IMG/VR virus record: IMGVR_UViG_3300010352_001897
Strand: one strand, 5' to 3'
DNA: 43,546 bases
Source of the DNA: an uncultured virus (IMG/VR IMGVR_UViG_3300010352_001897)
Lineage: Duplodnaviria > Heunggongvirae > Uroviricota > Caudoviricetes
Shown here: positions 1 to 9,914 of the stretch, piece by piece
Numbering within the stretch: position 1 is the first letter of the stretch
Layout: the number at the start of each line of letters is the position of its first letter
Notes under the pieces: generated by a model
What the model was told of the DNA's origin: nothing
Databases searched by the model: none
The model's input: only the letters and a program-made list of their open reading frames with translations
Translations under genes and position numbers: made by a program

Positions 1-2302
1 TAATGTTATACAGTACGAACATATCCCAGTCTTTATCTGCAAGACCAAGTCCACTATCACCGAGCTTAACCTTCCCTACTTCAAGCTCTTCATTTGCAAT
101 AAAATCTAACTTATTGCTTTCCTTTTGACCTAGATGCTTAGTCATTTGCTTGTATAACACCAATAGGTCAATACAAGACACTCCTGCAATCACGGGGGAT
201 AGTTCAGGTTTCTTAAATTGTTCATTAAATTTCTCAGTTAGATACACCTTACCGACTGGAGATAGTTTTATGTAATTGTAGCAATTAATCTTTTTACTAC
301 GGTTTACGATATATGGGAAGTCAAATGCATTACAGTTATGTGTTTTTATTCCATAGTTAGTATTAAAATAATGAGATGTGGTTTCAATATCATACATGAG
401 TTCATCTGTACTTTTTGAAATATTGTCAATTTTTACATAGTAATAATTGTCATAAAAAATATAATTTTTTAGTTTCGCCTTTGTATTTTTATTTTCAAAT
501 ATTTCAATATTTGATATTTTGCTATTCTTGGCACCCACACACTTTAACTGTTTAATAAACTTACGATTTATTTCTTTTTTATGAATATGTATTGTTCCCT
601 TTCCATATCCAAATAAAACTCCATTCCATGAAAGTAACTCCCCAATCTTAATAATATCGTCTCCATTAAAGTTACAGAATCCTATGTTATTTTTTGAAAC
701 CCAACCATCTCCATCAATTAATCCAGAAAAGAATTCACAAAACTGAACATAAGATAGTCTAGACATATTTTCTAGATCTATGTTTTTTTTATTTTTGTCA
801 TATATTAATGTCAGGAACATATTCATGAGTGCAGAATTGTGATGTCTAATTCTTCCACATGAATGTCCGTTTGATATGACATTGCTCTTTGACAAGTTTA
901 GATTGTGTAGGGTGTTTAAATACCATTCCAATATTAGATTATCTTTATTATATAGTGCGATAGTATTTCTTTTATAATCATAGCTTCCGTCAGTATATAT
1001 TAGCCCTAATAATTTAAACACTTCATCTGAAATATTTTCATCTAAGTTAATAGTTGCAGTTGATTTTCCAGATAATATTGTTATTTCTTTTGACTTACTA
1101 ATTACTTCCAATAGATATGAATTATCAACATTAATCAATGATTTTAGATTTTGAAATGAACATTTATGGGCACGTTCTATTGCCCTATTATATCCAGGAA
1201 TTACCTTTCTTCCTTCAAAAATAATGTTCTTATATTTTTCATATGTACTTTCGTCCAATAATATGTTAAATTTTTCGTTTCTACCTGATTTGATTACATA
1301 CTCAACTAAATCTCGATAGCAATATCCTCTATTTTTATTTTCATTAATATCTACCTTCAAATACACATTATTATCTTCTAACAAGGGAATAATATCAGAA
1401 ACCCTTAGATCATATTCTTTATTGAAGTTAGAGGATTTATTATTAAAATAAACTCCCTTTTTTTCCATTTTTATTGGAAAGATATGGGAGTCGGAAGATA
1501 TTATTTTATGCTTATTAATTGTCTCTATTTTAAATGCTTGTTTAGTTCCAGTATTTGCCTTATTAACAATAGTTCCATCTAATAGAGTATTTTCTCCAAC
1601 TGAAACATTCTTGATTTTTAATATTCTGTCCTTTAACCATACTGACGAATTTTCAGAAATACAATTCCATCCTGAAAATATATCACATTTAACCTGTGAA
1701 CAATATTCAAAAAAATTCATTAACAATTCATATTCAGATGAACAATATACATATTCGTAGTTTTCATGTAATTTCAAGTCACCAAATTTATTATATATTT
1801 TCTTCACTTCATTATAATATCCATTTCTTTCCTTAAGAAGTTCATGTAACCTAACTTCATCTACAGGCTTTGTGCCAAATACTTTGTATTTTTTGTATTT
1901 GGTCGTATATATTGAAATTAGGTTGATTTCCCTTGGAGCGTCTGCTGGTTCTGGAAATCCTTTACCGTTAACCACCTCAATATCAATGTAACCAATATTA
2001 TATTGGTCCATCTTAAAGGTCAGGTTTTCTTCTTTTTGATAATATTCACTTAAAATTCTAATCTCAGGTTGAATGTCGATTTCGTGTCGCATCCTACCAG
2101 ATTTAATATCTTCTCTTTCCTCATATGCGCTCCTAAACACAGGAACGACAGGAACTCCATATATTGTCTTATATGGAGCGTCAACTTGGCTCTCTTTCTC
2201 TTGCCAAGATCTACAGCTAAACTCTGAACTTATTACCTTTCCATCGGTAGTCCAGAGTTTAAATGTATTTTCTCTTCTATCTAAGTAGATGTTTTTAAAC
2301 AT
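1..2302 (-). CDS. gp43: Family B DNA polymerase (T4 gp43-like), N-terminal and 3'-5' exonuclease region, intein-containing; runs off the window edge
   Basis: Not in the ORF track; translated by hand from ATG at 2302: MFKNIYLDRR...YIDIEVVNGKGFPEP (ExoI DIE, GFPEP)...DIFSGWN-[intein]-CNAFDFPYIVNR (ExoII). GGAG upstream of the start. Confidence 0.92.
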   Translation of the reverse strand, partial: MFKNIYLDRRENTFKLWTTDGKVISSEFSCRSWQEKESQVDAPYKTIYGVPVVPVFRSAYEEREDIKSGRMRHEIDIQPEIRILSEYYQKEENLTFKMDQYNIGYIDIEVVNGKGFPEPADAPREINLISIYTTKYKKYKVFGTKPVDEVRLHELLKERNGYYNEVKKIYNKFGDLKLHENYEYVYCSSEYELLMNFFEYCSQVKCDIFSGWNCISENSSVWLKDRILKIKNVSVGENTLLDGTIVNKANTGTKQAFKIETINKHKIISSDSHIFPIKMEKKGVYFNNKSSNFNKEYDLRVSDIIPLLEDNNVYLKVDINENKNRGYCYRDLVEYVIKSGRNEKFNILLDESTYEKYKNIIFEGRKVIPGYNRAIERAHKCSFQNLKSLINVDNSYLLEVISKSKEITILSGKSTATINLDENISDEVFKLLGLIYTDGSYDYKRNTIALYNKDNLILEWYLNTLHNLNLSKSNVISNGHSCGRIRHHNSALMNMFLTLIYDKNKKNIDLENMSRLSYVQFCEFFSGLIDGDGWVSKNNIGFCNFNGDDIIKIGELLSWNGVLFGYGKGTIHIHKKEINRKFIKQLKCVGAKNSKISNIEIFENKNTKAKLKNYIFYDNYYYVKIDNISKSTDELMYDIETTSHYFNTNYGIKTHNCNAFDFPYIVNRSKKINCYNYIKLSPVGKVYLTEKFNEQFKKPELSPVIAGVSCIDLLVLYKQMTKHLGQKESNKLDFIANEELEVGKVKLGDSGLGLADKDWDMFVLYNI
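335..1663 (-). mobile_element. Intein (~443 aa) with LAGLIDADG homing endonuclease in the polymerase ExoII motif
   Basis: Begins CISENSSVWL (block A), contains LGLIYTDGS and FSGLIDGDG, ends MYDIETTSHYFNTNYGIKTHN followed by Cys+1. In frame with the polymerase. Confidence 0.92.
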
Positions 2303-2363
2303 TGAATGCTAACTCCAAATCAGGAGGGACATATAATCCCGTCAGCCAGTCAAGAGTAACATA

Positions 2364-3773
2364 TTACTTATTAACAATTTCCTGTATTTTTATATATTGC
2401 GGATGTGATTCGGAAACCTTAACTCCGCCAATACCTGAACTATACGTTTCAACATACTTGAATATGTTGTTATTATTCTCTAGCCAACGAGAGTCTAGAA
2501 AATCATATTGTTCGGATAGGATTTTATTAAATTCGTCTTTATTGCAATGTTTACTAATAATATTTTCCAACTCTTCCACAGTTGTCTCTTCTGTGAAGGT
2601 TAGGCTTAGGTTCTGATATGGGCTAGAGAGCTTTCCAGTGAATCTACTACCAATGAATACAGATCCCATGGCGGAGCTTTCTAGGTACCTTAAATCGCTC
2701 TTACAAGCATTGAATATATTCTCAACAAGTGGAGCAATTACAAAGTCAGCCCTATACTTCTTCAAATTAGTAGTGTATTCAACTGGATTTGTGAAAGGTA
2801 CGATTACTAATTTTCCTGCATCAGCTTCTTCTTTTAGGAAATAAGGAGCACTTCCATAAAATATGAAATTGTAATTATCAATATTCTTCTTTATGAATTT
2901 TTGAACATTATCTGTGAAATCTCCACACATCTGCTGTTCATTATTGTAGTGATAGTTGGCACCTGTATATGCAATTGTTGGCTTCTGAATATCTAAGAAT
3001 CTGAATCTCTTAGTATCAGTTTGATATAAATGCTTTGGCAAATAATTTTCAATAACAGTTATTCTATTTGTCAATCCAAGCTCAACGAGAGAATTCTTTA
3101 ATGTTTCAGTTGAAACAATAATCTCATCCATATTTGCCAAATTAACTAGCAAACTCCTAGTCTTTTCCACAGTGTTTGTCTTATACATCGGATGATAATT
3201 TGGAACTTCAAATATGTAGTCATCGAGTTCAGCGATTAATTTATATTGATACTGTGGCTGGAACTTCTTATACGCATTTATTGCATAAGTGCTTTCTTCA
3301 CCCATTGGACGCTGAAATACGAAAGCCCTAACATGTGGAATTAGGTCATCCTGTACTAGCATTCTAGGGAACAAAGTGCAATTGATCTTACCATCAAATG
3401 AAAATCTAGAGTTTATTAGATTCATAGGATATACCATTCTGAAATGGCCACATCCGCCGTAATCTTTTAAGTAGCCAATTACGAAAGGCTTATTTACGAC
3501 TTGTACTGAATCAGTTTCAACATATGTAGGAATTCTAAAAGAATCATCTTTGAAATTCTTAATTACGGTCTTGTTTTCAAGAATTTGAGTTGCAATTTGA
3601 ACAGAATTATTTTCCAAAATCTTGTTATTCATCTCATTAACTTTGTTGATCGCAGAGTCAACGTTTGCTCCAACGTTTATCTTGTTCAACATGTTGTTGA
3701 TTTTGATAATTTCCTTCATAGGGTTCTGATGAGCACCCTTAAATCTGTTATGTCCACTACGCTTCTTACTCAT
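2364..3773 (-). CDS. Glycosyltransferase (GT-B-like fold)
   Basis: DYGGCGHFRMVYP, ELDDYIF, IIVSTETL and IAPLVENIFNACKSDLRYLE motifs typical of phage GT-B enzymes. Confidence 0.75.
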   Translation of the reverse strand: MSKKRSGHNRFKGAHQNPMKEIIKINNMLNKINVGANVDSAINKVNEMNNKILENNSVQIATQILENKTVIKNFKDDSFRIPTYVETDSVQVVNKPFVIGYLKDYGGCGHFRMVYPMNLINSRFSFDGKINCTLFPRMLVQDDLIPHVRAFVFQRPMGEESTYAINAYKKFQPQYQYKLIAELDDYIFEVPNYHPMYKTNTVEKTRSLLVNLANMDEIIVSTETLKNSLVELGLTNRITVIENYLPKHLYQTDTKRFRFLDIQKPTIAYTGANYHYNNEQQMCGDFTDNVQKFIKKNIDNYNFIFYGSAPYFLKEEADAGKLVIVPFTNPVEYTTNLKKYRADFVIAPLVENIFNACKSDLRYLESSAMGSVFIGSRFTGKLSSPYQNLSLTFTEETTVEELENIISKHCNKDEFNKILSEQYDFLDSRWLENNNNIFKYVETYSSGIGGVKVSESHPQYIKIQEIVNK

Positions 3774-4855
3774 TATTTTACCTTTTTCTTAATATCTAGA
3801 AGTAATTCTTTCACAAGTTTAGCATTTTTTGGAGGCTCTAATCCGATGTAAATGTCACACACCCCCATAAAATCTCCAACAACTAAATGATCACACATGT
3901 CATTGAATACTACATCTTCTTTACTGGTGGTTAATCCGAGATCAGATACGTTCTCAATTTGCTTTGGCTCAGTGGCATACGAAATTGGTCGCTTATCTTC
4001 CAGAATTTTATTTAATGCGAACAGTTCTTCACTTGTTATGGTACTAGGATATGTGCATTTGACGAATGAATTACTAATATCAGGGAGATTTTCAATATCT
4101 CCAATATCAGTTTTAACAAAGGTGGCGCTAATGGTATTTTCAATAAATTCTAGATTCATCTTATCGTCAAGAGTCCAAAATCCTCTTGGCTGTCCGGCAT
4201 CTCCAAATGTCAACTGATATGGGGTTCCTACATATTGAATTACATTGTTGACAAGTTTGTAACTAGAAATGTTATGATAGTGTCCACTAATTACCATTTT
4301 AATATTTTTTAGAAGCAAATTCATGTCAAGACCTACTTCACTTGCAGATCCGTTTTCCATTTTTGCACCAATAATATCAAAATGTCCAAATACTACATCG
4401 CATTTACTGCCAATTTTTTCAATATTATTGATGAACGTTGGACTAATATCACTAACTAGAAAAGGAACCATCAAAATATTCAAATTATTGATGTTTACTT
4501 TTTTCATTGCTCGATACACTGTCACATTTGATAAGTTCTCAAGACATGCTAGCGATGAAATGTCTAAACTATCTCTTAGGAAAATGTCATGATTTCCAAC
4601 CACAATATGATGCTTAAAATTTTTAAGCTTACTGTTGAATAGTTTTACGGCATATTCGATGATGGGCGTTTCTATTGAATTTTGAGTGTCGAATATGTCT
4701 CCGGTCCATAGAATTTCATCAATCCCATTGGTCGAACAATAATCAAATAGAGAACTATAAAATGCGTCCTGGGAAATTAAGATGCGGTCTTTCTTAATTT
4801 TATCAGTATTTTTCTTACCTAGGTGAGGATCCCCAATTATTGCAATTTTTCCCAT
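3773..4855 (-). CDS. gp47: Recombination endonuclease subunit (gp47/Mre11/SbcD-like)
   Basis: GDPHLG, GDIFD, GNHD, GHFD, SGHYH and YVGTPYQLTFGD motifs. Confidence 0.92.
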   Translation of the reverse strand: MGKIAIIGDPHLGKKNTDKIKKDRILISQDAFYSSLFDYCSTNGIDEILWTGDIFDTQNSIETPIIEYAVKLFNSKLKNFKHHIVVGNHDIFLRDSLDISSLACLENLSNVTVYRAMKKVNINNLNILMVPFLVSDISPTFINNIEKIGSKCDVVFGHFDIIGAKMENGSASEVGLDMNLLLKNIKMVISGHYHNISSYKLVNNVIQYVGTPYQLTFGDAGQPRGFWTLDDKMNLEFIENTISATFVKTDIGDIENLPDISNSFVKCTYPSTITSEELFALNKILEDKRPISYATEPKQIENVSDLGLTTSKEDVVFNDMCDHLVVGDFMGVCDIYIGLEPPKNAKLVKELLLDIKKKVK

Positions 4856-4864
4856 GTCCCAATT

Positions 4865-5563
4865 CTAACAATGTTCTGGCAAAATATTCAACTCATCAAG
4901 ATCCAGCCCCCATATTTCTTCTTGCCTGTCGAGCCTATGGATTCTAGTTCTCTTGATCTTACTTACTATCGTAGTCGGTTCTGTTAAACTACTTATTATT
5001 GTTTCATCTAGCTTAGGTATTATTTTATTTCGTATGTAATAACTTGCCACAGATCTCTTACCTAACTCCCAAAGACCAACTCCACCTGCCTTGGTAAATG
5101 CGTCAACGTTTTGCTTTGAATCATCTACTAGTATGTTTTGATTCCCATTTATGACGGCATATTTGTACTTGTCTTCGTCAAAGAAAATTCTACTTTCATC
5201 GTAGATTTTGAAATTATTTCTTAGCCAAAGTTTTTTACCAATGACTGCTTCGGTCATTCGTGGTGGGGTGGCAGTTAAAAATAATATCCTATCTGAATAT
5301 TCTTTCAAACGTCTCATATAAAAACTTGAAACGTTAGTCTTTGGGATTGAGGCCCAAAAATCTCTACTTTCACCCTCGCAACACTCATGTACAAAATCTC
5401 TGATTTTTTTCTTTTTATTATAATTTTCAACATTAATGTCGAGAGGGTGTAGCTTTTTAATAAGGATCATGTGATAGAACCTTCGCCTGAAGTGAGGGAA
5501 GAAGTCAGCTAGCACACCATCCAAATCAAAAAACACATAATTCCTAGATTCCAAATCCACCAT
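4865..5563 (-). CDS. HAD-family 5'(3')-deoxyribonucleotidase-like protein
   Basis: FDLDGVLADF (HAD motif I), LTA, K-x-x-W-L, ILVDD (motif IV). Confidence 0.8.
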   Translation of the reverse strand: MVDLESRNYVFFDLDGVLADFFPHFRRRFYHMILIKKLHPLDINVENYNKKKKIRDFVHECCEGESRDFWASIPKTNVSSFYMRRLKEYSDRILFLTATPPRMTEAVIGKKLWLRNNFKIYDESRIFFDEDKYKYAVINGNQNILVDDSKQNVDAFTKAGGVGLWELGKRSVASYYIRNKIIPKLDETIISSLTEPTTIVSKIKRTRIHRLDRQEEIWGLDLDELNILPEHC

Positions 5564-6494
5564 AGTCTAGCTTATTCTCGTCAAAGGTTATGAAACGATT
5601 ATCTTTTTCGATTGCTTCTTCGTCAAAGTCATCGGTACGATATAGAATTTCCTCATTCAATCGCTTATTATCATTGCTTATTTTCTTTTCAACCTTGATT
5701 ACGTGTTGAGCAGAACGATAGATCATCATGGTAATATAGTTGAAAGAGTTTCTCTTCTTATGATCTTCAAACTGTTGAGATAGATCTTGATATTGTGAGA
5801 ACAATCCCTGTTTGAAATCATCCGGACTCAATCCCAATGAAGTTAGTATTGGTGAAATGTCGTCTGGAGTAATCTTCTTATATGTGGCAGAAGGTACGAA
5901 GTTTGGATCCTTAGACTTCTTAAACATTTTACGCTTAACGTCTTTTAGGTTAGAAATAAATTCCGCATAGTTCAGCTTATTGTCCTCGAAGAATTTTTGT
6001 AGCTTAAAACTATGGACCCTATAGATCCAGTTCAAAAAGAAATCAAATCTTTCGACGTGGTCAATTCGATAGTTATGTGAATATCTTACAAGATTTTCAT
6101 ATGCCTTAGATTGCATTTCATCTTTCCAGCCACTATGATATCCTCTAAAATTTCCCTTTTCAAGCAACTCTTCAGTAATCTTAGTAAACATCCTTGCTAG
6201 TTTTCTAGACATAATATGATCTAGATTAATCCGCTTGCACATAATATGTTTTTCTAACTCACGATGTAGTTCAATTGGATCAATGTACTGTCTCTTAGAT
6301 AACTTATTTAATCCCTTGTTACTTTTCTTTGAATTATTATTTTGAATGTCTTCTATAAGGTCAATACTATCCATGCTTTCAGGAATAGGTAACGTAAGGT
6401 CATCCTGGGTGGCATCTAGTTCATCAAATATTTCTTCAGTTTCTTGTACTGGACCTTCCTCATAAAGATCCTCATATTCTTCATTGTTCATCAT
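5544..6494 (-). CDS. gp55: Late transcription sigma factor (gp55-like)
   Basis: YIDPIEL, KITEELLEKGNFRGY..WKDEM.S.A.EN..RY..N and NSFNYITM match the gp55 pattern; located near gp46/gp47; TAAATA late motifs abound in the window. Confidence 0.75.
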   Translation of the reverse strand: MMNNEEYEDLYEEGPVQETEEIFDELDATQDDLTLPIPESMDSIDLIEDIQNNNSKKSNKGLNKLSKRQYIDPIELHRELEKHIMCKRINLDHIMSRKLARMFTKITEELLEKGNFRGYHSGWKDEMQSKAYENLVRYSHNYRIDHVERFDFFLNWIYRVHSFKLQKFFEDNKLNYAEFISNLKDVKRKMFKKSKDPNFVPSATYKKITPDDISPILTSLGLSPDDFKQGLFSQYQDLSQQFEDHKKRNSFNYITMMIYRSAQHVIKVEKKISNDNKRLNEEILYRTDDFDEEAIEKDNRFITFDENKLDYGGFGI

Positions 6495-6523
6495 TTACCT
6501 CTTAAGCAAATGTTAACAAGTTT

Positions 6524-7030
6524 TTAAGAATTCGCTTGAATAATGTCAGCTACAGATACTCCGTGGGTGTTCAAGTCAGAAAGAATGGAACTATCAAACA
6601 CATCAGTATCAATGCCAATCTTTTTTCTAGAAATTTGGTTAGATAGTTTCTGAATTGTTTCATACGCCTCTGTCCTGCAGATATTTTGTACTGCATCATA
6701 ATGAAATATACTGTTCATATGTCCATCCCTAAACAAGGGGCTTGTGTTTCTAGACATTACATTATCAACGTATTCTGAGTAAATAGTGTAAAAACTTTCA
6801 GCAATTCCATCTTCAATAAACAATTCTAAAATTGAGGCATAGATTACTCTAATCTGATTCATTCTAATTAATGAGTTATCAATGTCCCAATTTATCGCTT
6901 TAGCTTCATATAAGTATTTCGAATAGTACTTAAAATTAAAAGTGTCGGGTATTTTGTTAATATAGTCTTCGTATGGAGTTCCCATTTCCATTAATACATA
7001 ATAGGGATTTTCAAGAATTAAATCTATCAT
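6524..7030 (-). CDS. Hypothetical protein
   Basis: 168-aa ORF overlapping the stop of the upstream gene (ATGA coupling). Confidence 0.65.
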   Translation of the reverse strand: MIDLILENPYYVLMEMGTPYEDYINKIPDTFNFKYYSKYLYEAKAINWDIDNSLIRMNQIRVIYASILELFIEDGIAESFYTIYSEYVDNVMSRNTSPLFRDGHMNSIFHYDAVQNICRTEAYETIQKLSNQISRKKIGIDTDVFDSSILSDLNTHGVSVADIIQANS

Positions 7031-8004
7031 TCTCCACTTCCAATATCAAAGTCATCCGAATCCTCCTCAGATTCATCATCACCGTCTGTGGATTCTGCTA
7101 AATTATCCTCCAGAGAACTTTCTTCTGAATTCTCATCCTCAACCTGAATTCCTAACACACTGGCGTACATTGGGTCAATTTGCACTGATGTTGATGGACA
7201 GTCCGAAACAAGTAGTCCTTTTAAATCAGACTTAGAAAGATCAATTGATATTAAGTGAGTATCAAATAGTTCTGCTTCAGTTAATATTGTGTTATTGAAA
7301 TGACTATAGCTCAAAACTCCACTAAGAATCTTAGCTCTCTTCATGTGGCTGTTTGAGAAGTCACAGTCATGAATAGTAGTAGTGACCATAGATATGTCAT
7401 CTGAATCAGCATGTTGAAACTGACACTTATATAGTACTACGTCAAACATTTCCAATTGTGATAATTGTGCCTCATTAAAAACACATTCATAAAATTGAGA
7501 CTTAGTAATTATCGTATTTCTCAAATCACATGAACTAAAGTCACAGTCGATAAACTTACTCTGAACTATTCGACTGTTTACAAAGTTAGACGAAGTCATG
7601 ATACAATTATTAAATACGCTATTTTTGATTAATATGTTAGATAGTTCACTATTTTCACATATGAACCCACACATTAACATTTGATTAATTACATATCCAG
7701 GATCTACAAATATGGCTCCAATTGTTCTTACAAATGAAGACATTTTAATAATATTCTCTTCAAGAGTATTTGAGGCTTCTTGATACTCTTCGCGAGATTG
7801 TTGCTTTTCTCCATCTTTTTTAATAGTATGAATTGGTCGCATTCTTCTATGAATAGAATCTTCACTCGTTGCAGTATATCCATAATTATTAACTAATTGG
7901 ATAAACTGCTCATATGGAATTTCGTATTCCTCAGATAAACGAATATTCCACTCAGTTGAAGTTAAATTAACTAAATCGGTTGCTAATTCTTTTGCATTAC
8001 GCAT
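7027..8004 (-). CDS. Pentapeptide-repeat protein with acidic C-terminal tail
   Basis: Continuous 5-residue repeats (SVFNN CIMTS SNFVN SRIVQ SKFID CDFSS CDLRN...) over roughly 160 aa; D/E-rich tail. Confidence 0.85.
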   Translation of the reverse strand: MRNAKELATDLVNLTSTEWNIRLSEEYEIPYEQFIQLVNNYGYTATSEDSIHRRMRPIHTIKKDGEKQQSREEYQEASNTLEENIIKMSSFVRTIGAIFVDPGYVINQMLMCGFICENSELSNILIKNSVFNNCIMTSSNFVNSRIVQSKFIDCDFSSCDLRNTIITKSQFYECVFNEAQLSQLEMFDVVLYKCQFQHADSDDISMVTTTIHDCDFSNSHMKRAKILSGVLSYSHFNNTILTEAELFDTHLISIDLSKSDLKGLLVSDCPSTSVQIDPMYASVLGIQVEDENSEESSLEDNLAESTDGDDESEEDSDDFDIGSGE

Positions 8005-8019
8005 AAAATATATTTAGAA

Positions 8020-9897
8020 TCAATTTTCATTAATAATTTGCACAATATCTTCCCTGTCAACCTTTAGAAATTCTGAAAAATCACTGTCAACCTTCCTTGC
8101 CATATAAAAATGATCAATATCTCTCACAAGGGTGTTATCTAACCTATGTGAAATGAACACTATCGACTTATTATCTCTGGTTGAAATTTGCTTCATCATG
8201 TTCAAGGTATCCATCAACCCTTCATGATCAACCGCACCGTCAATGTATTCATCTAAGAATAGGATGTTTGTTTTGAAGTTTCCCATTATCTTGATCAAAT
8301 CTGTTTGTGCAAACAACACTGATAGATTAATTCTCTGCTTTTGTCCTCCAGATAGTCCTTCATATTCATCAGCTAGTCCATTTGAAGATTTCATTAGGTA
8401 GCCGTAGTCAGAAGTTATTTCAAGAGTAATGTCAATTCCGAATATTTTCAAGTAATGATTTATTAGTTTATTGAGAATAGGTAGGAACTTATTGAGAATA
8501 AACGCCTTAATTCCTTCATCAGACAACATCTTAATCAAATACTTGTAAGCTTCAATCTTATCATTAATTTCACCCAACTCTTCAGTCAACTCTTTTATTT
8601 TCAAATTTATAATGTCAATCTTATCTTGAGCTTTCATTGCAGTTTCGGAATCTTTTTTTGCAGACTCAAGACGAGAAATCTCAGAGTTACTTCTACTTAT
8701 TGCAGATTGGACATGGGAAATGTTATTAGTTAATATGTGAATGTCATGTTTTTTTGCTTGAATTGAATAATTAATTTCACTCTTTTTAGCTTGAGCTTCT
8801 TTAATCTTATTAATTTGGCCAGTGAGTGAGTCAGCAAGAGCCGTTACGGTATCTAGCTTTGATTTTACTTGACGACCTTCAAGTATTATTTGATCAATCT
8901 CTAGCTGTTTTTCAGCTCTCTTAGTGTTAGCTTGATCTTCTGAATAGCAATTACCGCAGTGATCGCAAGGAACATTAGGAATGATCTTAGATATTTCATT
9001 TTTCTTCTCCGTAGTCTTCTGTTTTAGGTATTTAAGTGTTGAATTATGTTCAATTATCTCTTCTTGAATCTTTTTAGGATTATTATTATTGTATTCGAGA
9101 ATTAACTTATTCTCCTCTTCTATGACAGTTTCAAGTGAGGAGGTTAATTCACTTAGCTCATCAGAATATTCATCAATTTTTAATTGGATGGAACTTATTT
9201 CGTTCTGATTTCTTACGATTGAAACTGATATTTCTGATATTCTAGTATCAATCTCAGAGTTATTTTTCTGAAGGATTTCCATATAAGGTGCAAGTGACGA
9301 CGTATGGATTTTTATCTCAGATTCAATTACAGATACTCTACTATTACATTCAGTCACTGCATTTTTTGCAATTTTAGAATATTCTTTAGTCTCTGATAGA
9401 TTGGTAATGTTGTCAATGATTTTTCTTTTTTCATCTAACGTCATCTTAATAAATGGTGCGCCACCTGCCGACACTGCAATAATGTTCTTATGTGTGTTTT
9501 CATTAAATCCCAGTAACGTCTCAGATATGTAGTTGTCAAAGGTAGTAGGGACTTTTTCAGCTTTATCTGAATTATTCTTAAATATCTTCTTAATGTTAGG
9601 ATCAATTCCACGCTGAATCAAATAAGTATCACTATGTCCATTTTCAGTAACTCTGATCAATACATATGCTAATAATCCCTTGGTGTTTGTATTATTGATT
9701 AGCTTATCAAGATTAATTCCTCGATAAGATCTTCCAAAAAACACATAATGAATTATTTCAATAATTGTACTTTTTCCGCTTCCGTTTTTACCGCTAATAG
9801 AAGTTAACCCATTTTCAATTTTAAATTTTACAATGGAATTTCCATATCGTAAAAAATTCTTAGCTCCACATTCGAGTATTTCTACATATCTAGACAT
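8020..9897 (-). CDS. gp46: Recombination ATPase subunit (gp46/Rad50/SbcC-like)
   Basis: Walker A GKNGSGKS, coiled coils with CDHCG zinc hook, LSGGQ signature, LFLDE Walker B, ISH loop. Confidence 0.95.
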   Translation of the reverse strand: MSRYVEILECGAKNFLRYGNSIVKFKIENGLTSISGKNGSGKSTIIEIIHYVFFGRSYRGINLDKLINNTNTKGLLAYVLIRVTENGHSDTYLIQRGIDPNIKKIFKNNSDKAEKVPTTFDNYISETLLGFNENTHKNIIAVSAGGAPFIKMTLDEKRKIIDNITNLSETKEYSKIAKNAVTECNSRVSVIESEIKIHTSSLAPYMEILQKNNSEIDTRISEISVSIVRNQNEISSIQLKIDEYSDELSELTSSLETVIEEENKLILEYNNNNPKKIQEEIIEHNSTLKYLKQKTTEKKNEISKIIPNVPCDHCGNCYSEDQANTKRAEKQLEIDQIILEGRQVKSKLDTVTALADSLTGQINKIKEAQAKKSEINYSIQAKKHDIHILTNNISHVQSAISRSNSEISRLESAKKDSETAMKAQDKIDIINLKIKELTEELGEINDKIEAYKYLIKMLSDEGIKAFILNKFLPILNKLINHYLKIFGIDITLEITSDYGYLMKSSNGLADEYEGLSGGQKQRINLSVLFAQTDLIKIMGNFKTNILFLDEYIDGAVDHEGLMDTLNMMKQISTRDNKSIVFISHRLDNTLVRDIDHFYMARKVDSDFSEFLKVDREDIVQIINEN

Positions 9898-9914
9898 GCA
9901 CTAACTATAGCAAA

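Noticed and set aside
2073..4592. Short plus-strand ORFs (2073, 2302, 2638, 3585, 3897, 4323)
   Set aside because: Antisense to well-supported minus-strand genes; the same applies to other short nested ORFs in the track.
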